Part shown: positions 1 through 9,650 of the stretch, in pieces
Layout of the letters: each line of letters starts with the position of its first letter
How positions within the stretch are numbered: position 1 is the first letter of the stretch
Source: an uncultured delta proteobacterium
GTDB taxonomy: Bacteria > Desulfobacterota > Binatia > Binatales > Binataceae
Length of the DNA: 64,000 nucleotides
Assembly: GCA_963771325.1 (NCBI GenBank)
Contig: CAVYTJ010000004.1
Span: forward strand, 117,174 to 181,173
Direction: 5' to 3'
Translations under genes and position numbers: made by a program
The notes under the pieces: model-generated
Told to the model about the DNA's origin: nothing
The model's database searches: none
Seen by the model: only the letters and a program-made list of their open reading frames with translations

Positions 1-9
1 CTTACGTGG

Positions 10-351
10 TCAGGCGGCGGCGATGCGGGCCTTGCCGCATTTGCCGCACTGGTTGTTCTGGTTGTTGGGGTCTTCGATCAGGCCGTCGTCGAGCGAGTGG
101 CAGACCTTGAGGCATTTGGCGCAGATGAAATAGATGCCGTCGATGGTCTTGTTGATACGCTCGCGATTTAAAATACGGCCCCTGAGCTTCTCGATCCGGA
201 TGCCCAGCAGTTCCTGGTACTGACGCTTGATCTTGCGGCGGCCGGCTTCGTCCTTGGGCAGGTCGGCATCTTCATCGGCCTCGTCGGCCGAGTCGGCAAA
301 ACTGGGATACAGGTCGCGCTTGGCGGTCTTGCTCTTGCGAGTCCTGGCCAT
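10..351 (-). CDS. Hypothetical protein with C-terminal CxxC...CxxC zinc-ribbon-like motif
   Basis: 113-aa ORF with strong RBS (GGAAGGAGG) upstream of ATG; CAKC and CGKC motifs. Confidence 0.75.
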   Translation of the reverse strand: MARTRKSKTAKRDLYPSFADSADEADEDADLPKDEAGRRKIKRQYQELLGIRIEKLRGRILNRERINKTIDGIYFICAKCLKVCHSLDDGLIEDPNNQNNQCGKCGKARIAAA

Positions 352-372
352 CGCTTTCTTCCCTCCTTCCCG

Positions 373-543
373 TTAGCGGGTGCGTGCGACGTAGCCGCAG
401 TTCTTGTCGCAAACCAGGAAGAAGCCGCGCCGGCCGTAGCCGGCGAACATCGTGACTTTGCTATCGGCGCCGCAACTCGGGCAGATGTGCTTGTAGGATA
501 CATCGCGGCTCTTTTCCGCAGTCTTCGCTTTTTTCTCAGCCAT
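373..543 (-). CDS. Small zinc-ribbon protein, 56 aa (not in ORF track)
   Basis: Manual translation MAEKKAKTAEKSRDVSYKHICPSCGADSKVTMFAGYGRRGFFLVCDKNCGYVARTR*; CPSC and CDKNC motifs; GC3-rich codons; ends 21 bp before the next gene. Confidence 0.75.
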   Translation of the reverse strand: MAEKKAKTAEKSRDVSYKHICPSCGADSKVTMFAGYGRRGFFLVCDKNCGYVARTR

Positions 544-824
544 GACCGATGACGCTCTCTCTGTTTGAGTGTTTAATTTTAATTGTGATTCGCGGACGGG
601 CCCGCGCAGCGGCTACGCGCTCGGCATGGAGGCGCAATCGATGCGCAAACGATGCATAATGAGGTTGCGGCCCACCGGCTCGTCCATCCACTTCGACCGC
701 AAGCAGTATACCATAACGCAAACGCGTCAAAACTATTCGCCGACGTCGGCCCGGCCGCCGCGGCCTCGCCCTTGCGCCGGCCCCCGGTTGCGCGCGCCGC
801 GCCGAGCGTCTAAGCGTTAAGCGC

Positions 825-1730
825 TTGGAAGCAAAACTCAAACCCAACGACGCCGTCCTGTTTATCGATCGCAAGGGCCGCCGCTATTTGAAGATGCTGC
901 GTCCCGGCACCCGCATCCTCATTCGCGGCGAGATTGCCGCCGACGATCTGATCGGCACCGACGAGGGCTCACGCGTAAAGCTCAGCACCGGCGAAACGTT
1001 CCTCGTCCTGCGGCCGACTTACGCCGACCTGATTCCGCATCTGCCGCGCCAAGCGCAGGTAATCTATCCCAAGGACACCGGGCCGCTGCTGATTTGGGGC
1101 GACGTCTTCCCCGGCGCCACGGTTATCGAGGGCGGCGTCGGCGCCGGCGCGCTGACGATCGCGCTCCTGCGCGCGGTCGGGCCGGCCGGCCGCGTCATCT
1201 CGTACGAATTGCGCGAGGATTTTGCCGCGGCGGCGCGCCGCAACGTCGCCGCGTTCTTCGGCGAGGCGCCCAACTGGACGCTCAAGCTCGGCGACCTCTA
1301 CGCCGGTTTCGCGGAGACCGGCGTCGACCGCCTGTTCCTCGATCTCGCCGAGCCGGGCCGCGCACTCGGCGTGGCGGCGCGTGCGTTGCGCGCGGGGGGC
1401 GTGCTGGTCTGCTACGTGCCGACCGCGATCCAGCTCGGCGACACGGTCGCGGCGCTGGAGCGCGACGGCGGCTTCGGCGAAGTCGAATCGTTCGAGACCC
1501 TGCTGCGCAACTGGCACGTCAAGGGACTGAGCGTGCGCCCGGTGCATCGGATGGTCGCGCACTCGGGCTTCATCATCGTGGCACGCCGCCTGGCCTCGCA
1601 TTCGCAGGCGGGGGCGGAACCGCTCCCGGCGCCAGGCGCAGCGGCCGCGCTGGATGACGGCGCCCCCGGCGCCGACGAACCCGGTTCGTACGATGATGCC
1701 GGTGATTCCGACGACGACGTTCAGCGCTGA
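825..1730 (+). CDS. trmI: tRNA (adenine(58)-N1)-methyltransferase (GCD14 family)
   Basis: LRPT...PRQAQVIYPKD motif, SAM motif EGGVGAGALT, YELREDF, FLDLAEP, AHSGF; TTG start. Confidence 0.92.
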   Translation: MEAKLKPNDAVLFIDRKGRRYLKMLRPGTRILIRGEIAADDLIGTDEGSRVKLSTGETFLVLRPTYADLIPHLPRQAQVIYPKDTGPLLIWGDVFPGATVIEGGVGAGALTIALLRAVGPAGRVISYELREDFAAAARRNVAAFFGEAPNWTLKLGDLYAGFAETGVDRLFLDLAEPGRALGVAARALRAGGVLVCYVPTAIQLGDTVAALERDGGFGEVESFETLLRNWHVKGLSVRPVHRMVAHSGFIIVARRLASHSQAGAEPLPAPGAAAALDDGAPGADEPGSYDDAGDSDDDVQR

Positions 1731-1751
1731 GTGCAGGAGTTCACGCGCATT

Positions 1752-2765
1752 ATGAACCGCAGAAAATTCATTCAGATTGCCGGTGCAGCGGTCGCGCTCG
1801 CGGGCGTGCCGCACGCCGCCCGCGCGATCGCTTCCGCGGACGCTCCAAAGCCTCCGGCCGGCGGATGGGGCGGCTTCACCCGTAACGCGGATTTCTATGT
1901 CACCACGTACGGCGCGACGCCGCGCGTGGACCCGAGCCAGTGGCGGCTCAAGATTCACGGCCTGGTTAAGAATTCGCTCGAACTCGATCTTAAGGCGGTC
2001 AAGTCGCTGCCGCCTGTCAATGAGACTCTGACCCTGGAATGCATCGGCAATCCGCCCAACGGCACTGTGATCGGCAACGCGAGATGGGTGGGTCCCAATC
2101 TCGGTTCCTTGCTGGAACGCGCGCGGCCTTCGGGCAAGGCGGTTTACGCCAAGCTCCGCGCCGCCGACGGCTACACGACCGGCATCCCGATCGACGAGCT
2201 GATGCGCAAGGAAAACTTCCTGCCCTACCTGATGAACGGCGTACCGTTGCCGCCCGAGCATGGCTATCCATTGCGCATATTCATTCCGGGCAAGTACGGG
2301 ATGAAGCAGCCGAAGTGGCTAACGGAAATAGAATTCGTCGACCATGAATTTATTGGCTACTGGGAAGCGCGCGGATGGACCAACAGCGGGTGGCGCAAGG
2401 TGAATTCGGGATTTTTCTATCCGCAGGCCAACTACAGCCTGCTCGACGTGGTCGCGCCCGAGGCCAAGGTCAGAGCGCCGGTGGAGATGGTCGGATGGGC
2501 GCTGGCGGGGCCGTCAGGAATCCGGCGGGTCGACGTCTCGACCGACGACGGCCAGACCTGGAACGCCGCCGAGTTGAGCGTGAATCACTCGCCTTACATC
2601 TGGACGATATGGAAGTACCGCTTCGCACCGCCCGAGCGTGGGCGCTATCACGTTCGCGTGCGCGCCACTGACGGCGACGGCCACTCGCAGCCACCGAGCG
2701 ATCCCGACCGCGCCGCCGGGATGAGCGCGCAGGTCCGTCTCGCATTGGCGGTGACTACCGACTGA
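1752..2765 (+). CDS. Tat-exported molybdopterin-dependent oxidoreductase (sulfite oxidase family)
   Basis: NRRKFI twin-arginine signal; Mo-ligating Cys in TLECIGN; HGYPLR...PGKYGMKQPKWL; C-terminal Ig-like dimerisation domain. Confidence 0.88.
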   Translation: MNRRKFIQIAGAAVALAGVPHAARAIASADAPKPPAGGWGGFTRNADFYVTTYGATPRVDPSQWRLKIHGLVKNSLELDLKAVKSLPPVNETLTLECIGNPPNGTVIGNARWVGPNLGSLLERARPSGKAVYAKLRAADGYTTGIPIDELMRKENFLPYLMNGVPLPPEHGYPLRIFIPGKYGMKQPKWLTEIEFVDHEFIGYWEARGWTNSGWRKVNSGFFYPQANYSLLDVVAPEAKVRAPVEMVGWALAGPSGIRRVDVSTDDGQTWNAAELSVNHSPYIWTIWKYRFAPPERGRYHVRVRATDGDGHSQPPSDPDRAAGMSAQVRLALAVTTD

Positions 2766-2849
2766 ATAATGGGCCTGACTAACTTCTCTGCGCCTGCGCC
2801 CGAGCGCGCGATGGATCGCGTAGGTTTACGCGCTGAGGACTCCGCAGAC

Positions 2850-2915
2850 AGGGCCGCTCACGAGCGGCCCCTAGAACAGAACACTTTTCTGTAGGGGCCG
2901 TTCGTGAACGGCCCT
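2850..2915. repeat. Inverted pair of GTAG-type REP palindromes (REPIN/BIME-like)
   Basis: AGGGCCGCTCACGAGCGGCCCCTA (2850-2873) and its near-inverse TAGGGGCCGTTCGTGAACGGCCCT (2892-2915), between convergent genes. Confidence 0.7.
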
Positions 2916-2994
2916 TCTTCGCGCGGGATCCTTCGACTCCGCTCGTAGACTCGCTGGCTCAGGCTGACTGACGAGGGCGTCCCTGCTCCCCCGC

Positions 2995-5451
2995 TCAGTG
3001 ACTGAAGAGCGAACCGAAGAAATTTCCCAGGGCGCCGAGGACTCCGTTGGTCGCCGGCGTTGGAGCCGCTCCAGGAGCCGTTGCGACACCCGGCGGTGGC
3101 GGCATCGCCGTACTCGGACCCGGACCGGCCACCAAAGTCGGCGGCGGCATCATGCCGCCGTGCAACGGACAAATCTGCGTCGGCGCGGTGCCGTTGAGGA
3201 ACGGAACGGTGGCGATTCGCGGGCACGCACTCGTCGCGAGACCGCCGCTTTGCGGATCGATCGTGGCCATAGTGATTCCGGCCGGCACCTTGAAAGGCGG
3301 CGAACTGGGCGGCGTAACGTCGAGCATGAAACTTACCCACGCCGGGAGCGCCGCCGTGGCGCCGGAAGCGCCCAGGCTCTGCGGATGGTCGAACCCCACC
3401 CACACGCCACACACGACGCGCGGCGTGTAGCCGATGAAGTACGCGTCATGGAAGTCCTGCGTGGTTCCGGTCTTCCCGGCCGCCGGAAAATCCAGCCCCA
3501 TCTTCATTGCCCCAGCGCCGGTGCCCCACTTGAGCACCTGCTCCAAAGCGCCGGTGATGAGATACGCGGCGGGCGGACTGACGAGCGCGAGTTCGTGCGG
3601 CGCGTGCTGGTAAATCAGATGGCCCTTGGCGTCGTAGACGGCCTCCAGCGCGTAGGGCGGGCGCGACACGCCGCCGCTAGCGAAGACCTGGTACGCGCCG
3701 GTGAGTTCGAGCATCGTGGTCTCGGCGGCGCCGATCGAAATCGGCAGCACCGCGGGGATGTCCTCGTTGATACCCATCTCGTGCGCCATCCCCACGATCG
3801 TGGACGGACCGAGCAGGCTTCCCAGGTAAGCGGTCGGCACGTTGAGCGACTCGGCCAGCGCCGCGACCACCGTCACCGTGCCCTGGTAAGTGCGTTCATA
3901 GTTGACCGGAGTCCATCCGTTGAACGACATCGGGCGGTCGGGCAGCAGGGAGGCGAGCGTGATCGGCTGGCCGATCGGCGAGCGCGACGGATCGAGCGCA
4001 CTTAAATAGACGATCGGCTTGAAGGCCGAGCCAGGCTGGCGTTCGGCCTGGGTCACGCGATTGAACTGGCTAATCGAATAGTCGCGCCCGCCAACCATCG
4101 CGAGAATCGCGCCGGTGCGCACGTCAAGCGCGAGCAGCGACCCCTCCAGCTCTTCACCGTGCGCGGTGTGGCGCAGATGCGGATGCTGCTTCTCCAACCG
4201 CTTGATATTCGACGCCACGCTCTCAGTTGCCGACTGCTCCATCTCCGAATCCAGCGTGGTGTAGACCTTGAGCCCGGCGAGGTTGCCGTTGAACCCCGGA
4301 ATCCGCTCGACCTGGGCGATTACGTAGTCGGTAAAATATGGGGCACGGCGCAAGCCCGGAATGCTGGCGGTCTGGATCGGCTGGGCGGCGGCTTCCGCAT
4401 ACTGGGCCGCGTCGATCACGCCGTCGCGGCGCATCACGCCCAGCACCGTGTCGCGGCGCGCGCGGCAGGCCTCGGGATGACGTCGCGGATCGTAGAGCGT
4501 CGGCGCCTGGATCATCCCGATCAGCATCGCGGCCTCGCCTGGCGTGACCTCGTGCAGGTCCTTGTTGAAGAAGTAGCGCGCCGCGAGCGGCATCCCGGTG
4601 ATCGGTGTACCGTCGTACGCACCCATCGGAACGTCGTTGATATAGCGTTCGAGAATCTGGTTCTTGCTGAGCCGGATCTCGATCACCAGGGCGACCGCGA
4701 GTTCGCGCGTCTTGCGCGCAAACGTGCGCTCGTGGCGATCGATGAAGGTGCGCGCGAGTTGCTGAGTCAGCGTGCTCGCGCCCTGCGCCAGATGGTGCGA
4801 TCGCAAGTCCGCGATCGCCGCCTCGATCATCCGCACCGGGTCGAATCCCGGATGATAGTAGAAATAGCGGTCCTCGGTCGCGAGCAGGCCGCGCGTCAGG
4901 TACGGCGGAAGGTCGTTCAGCTGGACTTCGACCCGCTCGGGCGGCGCGCCCGGCAGCAGGCGGCCGATGACCTCGGGCTCGATCAACGCCGCGGGGAGCG
5001 CCGCGCCGAAAGAGTCGGCCACGCCTTCAACCGTGGTGCCGGCGAGCGTCAGATGGATCAACGCGGCCGGGCGCTCGCGGATTCCCTGGCGAAAGCCGCG
5101 GAGATAGATCGTAATGCGGCCGGGTATCAGGGCGTATTCGCCGGGATGGACCGGGTCGATGACGCGGGTGTAGCTCAGCCGCTCGATACGGTCGAGCAGA
5201 TGAAGCTGGGCGAGATCGTCGCCGCGTTCGATTTTGAGCGGCGCGGAGTAAATGGCCGAGGTCAGCGCGGCTTCGCGCTGCTCGATCAGCGCGGAGACTT
5301 CACTATAGAGTTCGGCCAGGTAGAACCCGCATCCGAACAGCAGCAACAGTAGGACGCCCGCGGCCGCGCGTCGCGGACCGAGCCGCTTGAGCGCGCGGCG
5401 CAATCGTCCAGCTGCCGCCGATCCCCTCCCCCGCCTGCCTGCGCTAGCCAT
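2995..5451 (-). CDS. mrcB: Class A penicillin-binding protein (PBP1B-like transglycosylase/transpeptidase)
   Basis: N-terminal TM segment; EDRYFYYHPG and GASTLTQQL transglycosylase motifs; SAFK, SLN and KTG transpeptidase motifs; start uncertain (ATG 5451 or GTG 5496). Confidence 0.9.
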   Translation of the reverse strand: MASAGRRGRGSAAAGRLRRALKRLGPRRAAAGVLLLLLFGCGFYLAELYSEVSALIEQREAALTSAIYSAPLKIERGDDLAQLHLLDRIERLSYTRVIDPVHPGEYALIPGRITIYLRGFRQGIRERPAALIHLTLAGTTVEGVADSFGAALPAALIEPEVIGRLLPGAPPERVEVQLNDLPPYLTRGLLATEDRYFYYHPGFDPVRMIEAAIADLRSHHLAQGASTLTQQLARTFIDRHERTFARKTRELAVALVIEIRLSKNQILERYINDVPMGAYDGTPITGMPLAARYFFNKDLHEVTPGEAAMLIGMIQAPTLYDPRRHPEACRARRDTVLGVMRRDGVIDAAQYAEAAAQPIQTASIPGLRRAPYFTDYVIAQVERIPGFNGNLAGLKVYTTLDSEMEQSATESVASNIKRLEKQHPHLRHTAHGEELEGSLLALDVRTGAILAMVGGRDYSISQFNRVTQAERQPGSAFKPIVYLSALDPSRSPIGQPITLASLLPDRPMSFNGWTPVNYERTYQGTVTVVAALAESLNVPTAYLGSLLGPSTIVGMAHEMGINEDIPAVLPISIGAAETTMLELTGAYQVFASGGVSRPPYALEAVYDAKGHLIYQHAPHELALVSPPAAYLITGALEQVLKWGTGAGAMKMGLDFPAAGKTGTTQDFHDAYFIGYTPRVVCGVWVGFDHPQSLGASGATAALPAWVSFMLDVTPPSSPPFKVPAGITMATIDPQSGGLATSACPRIATVPFLNGTAPTQICPLHGGMMPPPTLVAGPGPSTAMPPPPGVATAPGAAPTPATNGVLGALGNFFGSLFSH

Positions 5452-5588
5452 CGCGCGTAATTTTTCTCCAGCGAGCGCCGCTCCCGGCCCGGACACGGCG
5501 TGCTGACGTCATTATATCCCGTGCGGCCGCATCGACGCGATCATCGAATCCGGGCGGCCTCCAGGCACCGGCGGCTGCGCGCCGCGCG

Positions 5589-6551
5589 CTAGCGCGCCGC
5601 CGCCTCCGCGCGGGCTTCGCCCGCGCGGAGCGCCGCGAGCTGGCGCGCCAGCTCGCGCATCAGCGCGAGCCCGCTCGCGCCGTGGCACTCGGCGAGTTCG
5701 ACTACTGGCGCGCCGATACGCCGGCGCACGAGCTCGAGCGCGCGGCGCTCGCCGGCCGCGCGCGCGAGCTCGGCGCGCGCCAGCGCGGCGAGGCCGTCGA
5801 GATTAGGCGCGGCGGCGCGGAGCGCCGGCCGCCGCGCCAGACGCGCGACGGCGTCCGCGTCGAAGCGCGGCCGGCGTGTGCGGTTGAAGATCACCGCGGC
5901 GACGTCGAGACCGAGCGCGCTCAGCGCCGCGTGCGTCTCCAGCGTCTCGCTCACCGCGAACGGCTCGGGCGAGGTCACGAGCACGACCCCGCAGCGCGCG
6001 GGGTCGCGCAACAACTCGGAGACGCGCGCGGCCGTGCGCCCAACGATTCCTGCACCGAAGGTCTCGCGCGCCACGAGCGGCATCCGCAGCACGCTCAACG
6101 CCTGGCCGGTTGCGGGAGCGTCGAGTATCACCAGGTCCCACGGCGGCGAGGGCGGCCGGTATTCCAGCTCGTGATAGATCTTCCCGACCATGATGAGCTC
6201 GCGGAGCCCCGGCGCCGCCTCGACGAAGTAGCGGTAAGCGCCGCTGCTGACGACCGCCTTGAGCATCGCACGGCTCGGCACCACGGTGGACAGGTATTCT
6301 TCGAGCTGATGCGCTCCGTCGAGCACCACCGTCCACACGCCCGGCGCGGCTTTAGCCGGATCGAAACCGGGCTTGCGCCCCATCGCGATTGCAAGCGCGC
6401 CGAGCCGGTCGTATTCCATCGCGAGCACGCGGGCCGGGCCGGCTGGTCCGGCCGCGCGCAGGATTGCGAGCGCGCCGCTTACGCTCGTGCGTCCGACGCC
6501 GCCCTTGCCGACGACGATCAGAGCGCGGCGTCTCAGCAGTTCGTCGATCAT
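5589..6551 (-). CDS. ArsA/Get3-related P-loop ATPase
   Basis: Deviant Walker A GKGGVGRT, APGLREL, DAPATG switch II, VTSPE, VIFNR. Confidence 0.85.
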   Translation of the reverse strand: MIDELLRRRALIVVGKGGVGRTSVSGALAILRAAGPAGPARVLAMEYDRLGALAIAMGRKPGFDPAKAAPGVWTVVLDGAHQLEEYLSTVVPSRAMLKAVVSSGAYRYFVEAAPGLRELIMVGKIYHELEYRPPSPPWDLVILDAPATGQALSVLRMPLVARETFGAGIVGRTAARVSELLRDPARCGVVLVTSPEPFAVSETLETHAALSALGLDVAAVIFNRTRRPRFDADAVARLARRPALRAAAPNLDGLAALARAELARAAGERRALELVRRRIGAPVVELAECHGASGLALMRELARQLAALRAGEARAEAAAR

Positions 6552-6588
6552 CTATCGATTATTGATGGCGCTTCCATTGACGGCGCTT

Positions 6589-7482
6589 CTAAAGGAAGCG
6601 GCGGCCCTGGCGCTCGTCGGGCAGGTCGAGCCCCAGCGCGACGAGTTTGCGATCCACATATTCTTTGTAGGCCGCGCGAATCTCGGAATTGCCGACGCCC
6701 TTGAGACCCCACTGGATGAAGCGCGGCGTGTTGGGCGAGTCGGAGCGGCCGAACATGTCGAGCGCCGCCGAGTACCATTTCGGGAGCAGCGCCTGGGCGA
6801 GCGCGCGGCCGCGGCGCTCGGCGCAGATGGCGTTTAGAAAGTGATAGCCCATCTCGGAGTGGCCGAACTCGTCGCGCTCGACCGTGCGCGAAATCTTGCG
6901 CAGCGGCGCGTAACTCGATTCGCGCCAGTCGCGGGCATGAAAGGCGCCGTTGAGATCGACCAGGAAATGAAAAAACGCGTCGTCGGCCCAGGTGTCCTTG
7001 GGCAGATGGAACGCGTAGTGGGCGTACGGCACGTCGCGCAGAGCGAAGTCCGGGTCCAGGCCGACCGCGATCCGATGGAACATGATCGCGTGCTTGAGTT
7101 CCTCGGCCAGGTACTCCGACTTGATGAGCCGCGCCGCGGGGTCGGGCGCCAGCGTCTCGGCGACCTCGATACACGTCCCCATCAGGCCGAGGAAGCTCTT
7201 GTTGCCGGCGCGCTCGCCCTCATGACGCAGCATCTTCATCAGCAGGACGCGGTAATCTTCGGGCAGCTCGTCGCCCTCGTCGAAATTGTGCACGGGGCGA
7301 TCGACCTTGCAGGAGAGGTCGGGCAGCGGATCGCCCTGGGCATAGATATGCGTCCAGAACGGCCACAGTCCGCCGCCGCGCATGCGTTCGCCGCGCTCGG
7401 CGGCCTCGCCCGCTTCATCCTGCGTGATGTCGTGCGCGATGTCCCGCGCGATATCCTGGGAGTTCAAATCGTTCAGCGCCAT
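6589..7482 (-). CDS. PaaA/BoxB-like di-iron aryl-CoA epoxidase family protein
   Basis: LPEDYR, EELKH, TWAD...LVD, SSYAPL, DEFGH, ALDMFGRSDS and WGLK...NSEIR match the PaaA layout. Confidence 0.82.
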   Translation of the reverse strand: MALNDLNSQDIARDIAHDITQDEAGEAAERGERMRGGGLWPFWTHIYAQGDPLPDLSCKVDRPVHNFDEGDELPEDYRVLLMKMLRHEGERAGNKSFLGLMGTCIEVAETLAPDPAARLIKSEYLAEELKHAIMFHRIAVGLDPDFALRDVPYAHYAFHLPKDTWADDAFFHFLVDLNGAFHARDWRESSYAPLRKISRTVERDEFGHSEMGYHFLNAICAERRGRALAQALLPKWYSAALDMFGRSDSPNTPRFIQWGLKGVGNSEIRAAYKEYVDRKLVALGLDLPDERQGRRFL

Positions 7483-7534
7483 ATTCGGATCCCTCTCGTG
7501 CGACCTCGCTCGAATCTAGCGCGCCACGCCCCGC

Positions 7535-7822
7535 TCACGCAAAACGCGCCTTGGCGGCGGCGGCGCGCGCTGGATCGATCGCGCCGGCGCGCTCGGCCTG
7601 GAAGCCGCAGGCGCATCCGGCAAGGCCCGCCGCGTAAAGATCCATTTCGCCGTCGACCAGCTCGCGCGCCATCCCGGGCAACAGCTTGTCGCCGACACAT
7701 CCGAGCGCCGCGCCGCATCGCGCGCATCGCAGCCGATAGTACGTGCCATAGGTGGCGACGCCCTCGACCGCCATGCCGAGCGGCTCGTAGGCGGCGCGGA
7801 TTTCCTCGAGGATCGCGCTCAT
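7535..7822 (-). CDS. Small Cys-rich hypothetical protein
   Basis: 95 aa; CARC, LGC and GCAC motifs; co-directional between the AMP ligase and the PaaA-like gene. Confidence 0.7.
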   Translation of the reverse strand: MSAILEEIRAAYEPLGMAVEGVATYGTYYRLRCARCGAALGCVGDKLLPGMARELVDGEMDLYAAGLAGCACGFQAERAGAIDPARAAAAKARFA

Positions 7823-7859
7823 CTTAATCTTTCGCTTCGCTTACAGCTCATCGTCTGCT

Positions 7860-9539
7860 TTACGGCTTGGCGCCGCCTCCTGCTTTTTTCGCGCCGGTTT
7901 CGCGCGCGAGCCTGGCCACGATGTCCACGCGCAAATCCTTCTTCGACACCTTGCCCACGGCGGTCATCGGAAAGCGCTCGACGATTTCGAGGCGCTCGGG
8001 AATCTTGAAGCGCGCGATACGCCGTTCTTCAAGATGGCGCGCCAACTCCGGAAACGTCAGGCTCATCCCCGCGCGCAGCACCACGTAGGCACACGCGCGC
8101 TCGCCCAATACTTCGTCAGGCATCGCGACGATCGCCGCATTGAGCACCGCCGGATGCGACAGCACCAGGTCTTCCATTTCCTCGGCGCTGATCTTCTCGC
8201 CGCCGCGATTGATCACGTCCTTGCGCCGCCCTTCGACGACCAGGTTGCCGCTCGGATGCATCATCACGAGGTCGCCGGTGCGATAGAAGCCGTCGGGCGT
8301 GAACGCTCCGCGATTGTGTTCCTCGGCGCGGTAGTAACCGCGCGGCGTGTAGGGCCCGCGGCAGAGCAGCTCGCCGACCTCGCCCGGCGCGACCTCGCGG
8401 CCGTCGTCGCCGACCACGCGCAATTCGTCGTGATCGCAGATCGGGCGGCCCTGCGTGTTGACGATGACTTCCTCGGGATCGCCGCGCCGCGTCGCGCAGC
8501 ACAGGCCCTCGGCCATCCCATACACCTGCGTCACGACCGGGCCGATTTCGCTGAGGATGCGGCGTGCCGGTTCGGGATTCAGCCGCTGACCGCCCACCGC
8601 CAGCGATCGCAGCGAGGAGAAGTCCGTCTGCTTGAAACGAGGATCGTTGAGCCAGCTCACCGCCATCGCGGGCACCGCGCAGATCCAGGTTACGCGCTCG
8701 CGCTCGATAAGCGGGAAGACCGTTTCGGCCTCGGGCGACGGCGCCAGCACGATTCGCGCGCCGAGCAGAATCCCCGACTGCACCGCCGCGAGCAGCGGGA
8801 AGTTATGCATCATCGGAATCGCCACCAGCGCGACACCGTCGCGATCGAAGCCCGAGCATTCCGCCAGCCGCAACGAATTGTAGAGATAGTCGTCGTGCGT
8901 GCGCGGGATCACTTTCGGCAGTCCCGTGCTGCCGCCCGAGAGCTGGAAAACCGCGATCTCGTCGCTTTGCGGGCGCAGCCGCGCGAGCGTGGACGGCGCG
9001 ATCCGCTCCTCGATCGGATCGTCGAGCAGATCCGCAAGCAGCGTCATCCCGGCACCCGCACGCGGACCCATCACGAAGACCTCGCGCATCGCAGGCAGCG
9101 CGGCGCGCAACTCGGCCGCCATCGCGAGGTAGTCGAAGCGCCGATACTCGGCCGGGATGAGCCAGGCGTAGGCGTCGGTGAAACGCGCGAGATGGCCGAT
9201 CTCGGTGTGGCGATGCGCCGGCAGAGTCGCCACCGGAATCGCGCCGGTCTTGAGGCAGGCGAAGTACGCGGCCGTGCATTCCAGGCCGTTGGGCAACTGA
9301 AAGATCACCCGCCGGCCCGACGCGACGCCGCGCTCGGCAAAATGGAGTGCGAGCCGGTCGACCATCGCACCCAGCTCGCGATACGTGACGCGCCGTTCAC
9401 CGTCGACCACGGCGAGGCGCGCGGCGTTCTCTGCGATCGAGCGATCGAAGCGATCGCCGATCGGCTCGCCGCGCCAATAACCCAGCTTTCGATAAAGCTC
9501 CGCGGCTTCTTCCGGCCACGGCACCACGCCCTCGAGCAT
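7860..9539 (-). CDS. Aryl acid adenylation enzyme (DhbE/EntE-like; possible aryl-CoA ligase)
   Basis: LSGGSTGLPKVIPRTHDDYLYN, HNFPL, QVYGMAEGL, GFYRTGD, INRGGEKISAEE, TAVGK. Confidence 0.88.
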   Translation of the reverse strand: MLEGVVPWPEEAAELYRKLGYWRGEPIGDRFDRSIAENAARLAVVDGERRVTYRELGAMVDRLALHFAERGVASGRRVIFQLPNGLECTAAYFACLKTGAIPVATLPAHRHTEIGHLARFTDAYAWLIPAEYRRFDYLAMAAELRAALPAMREVFVMGPRAGAGMTLLADLLDDPIEERIAPSTLARLRPQSDEIAVFQLSGGSTGLPKVIPRTHDDYLYNSLRLAECSGFDRDGVALVAIPMMHNFPLLAAVQSGILLGARIVLAPSPEAETVFPLIERERVTWICAVPAMAVSWLNDPRFKQTDFSSLRSLAVGGQRLNPEPARRILSEIGPVVTQVYGMAEGLCCATRRGDPEEVIVNTQGRPICDHDELRVVGDDGREVAPGEVGELLCRGPYTPRGYYRAEEHNRGAFTPDGFYRTGDLVMMHPSGNLVVEGRRKDVINRGGEKISAEEMEDLVLSHPAVLNAAIVAMPDEVLGERACAYVVLRAGMSLTFPELARHLEERRIARFKIPERLEIVERFPMTAVGKVSKKDLRVDIVARLARETGAKKAGGGAKP

Positions 9540-9650
9540 CAGGAGCCTCGCCGCCTTTCGCGATGATTCATACGCGCCATTTTTTCTCTATCGTCAACTT
9601 AAAGTATCACTTGAGATGACGTTCGAGCCATCTTTCGGGTCTGTGCCAGT

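Noticed and set aside
5589-6551. Arsenic resistance ArsA
   Set aside because: Single domain, no arsB/C/R/D nearby, and no evident metalloid-binding Cys cluster
7860-9539. Catechol siderophore / NRPS cluster
   Set aside because: No isochorismate synthase, isochorismatase, carrier protein, NRPS or TonB receptor in the window
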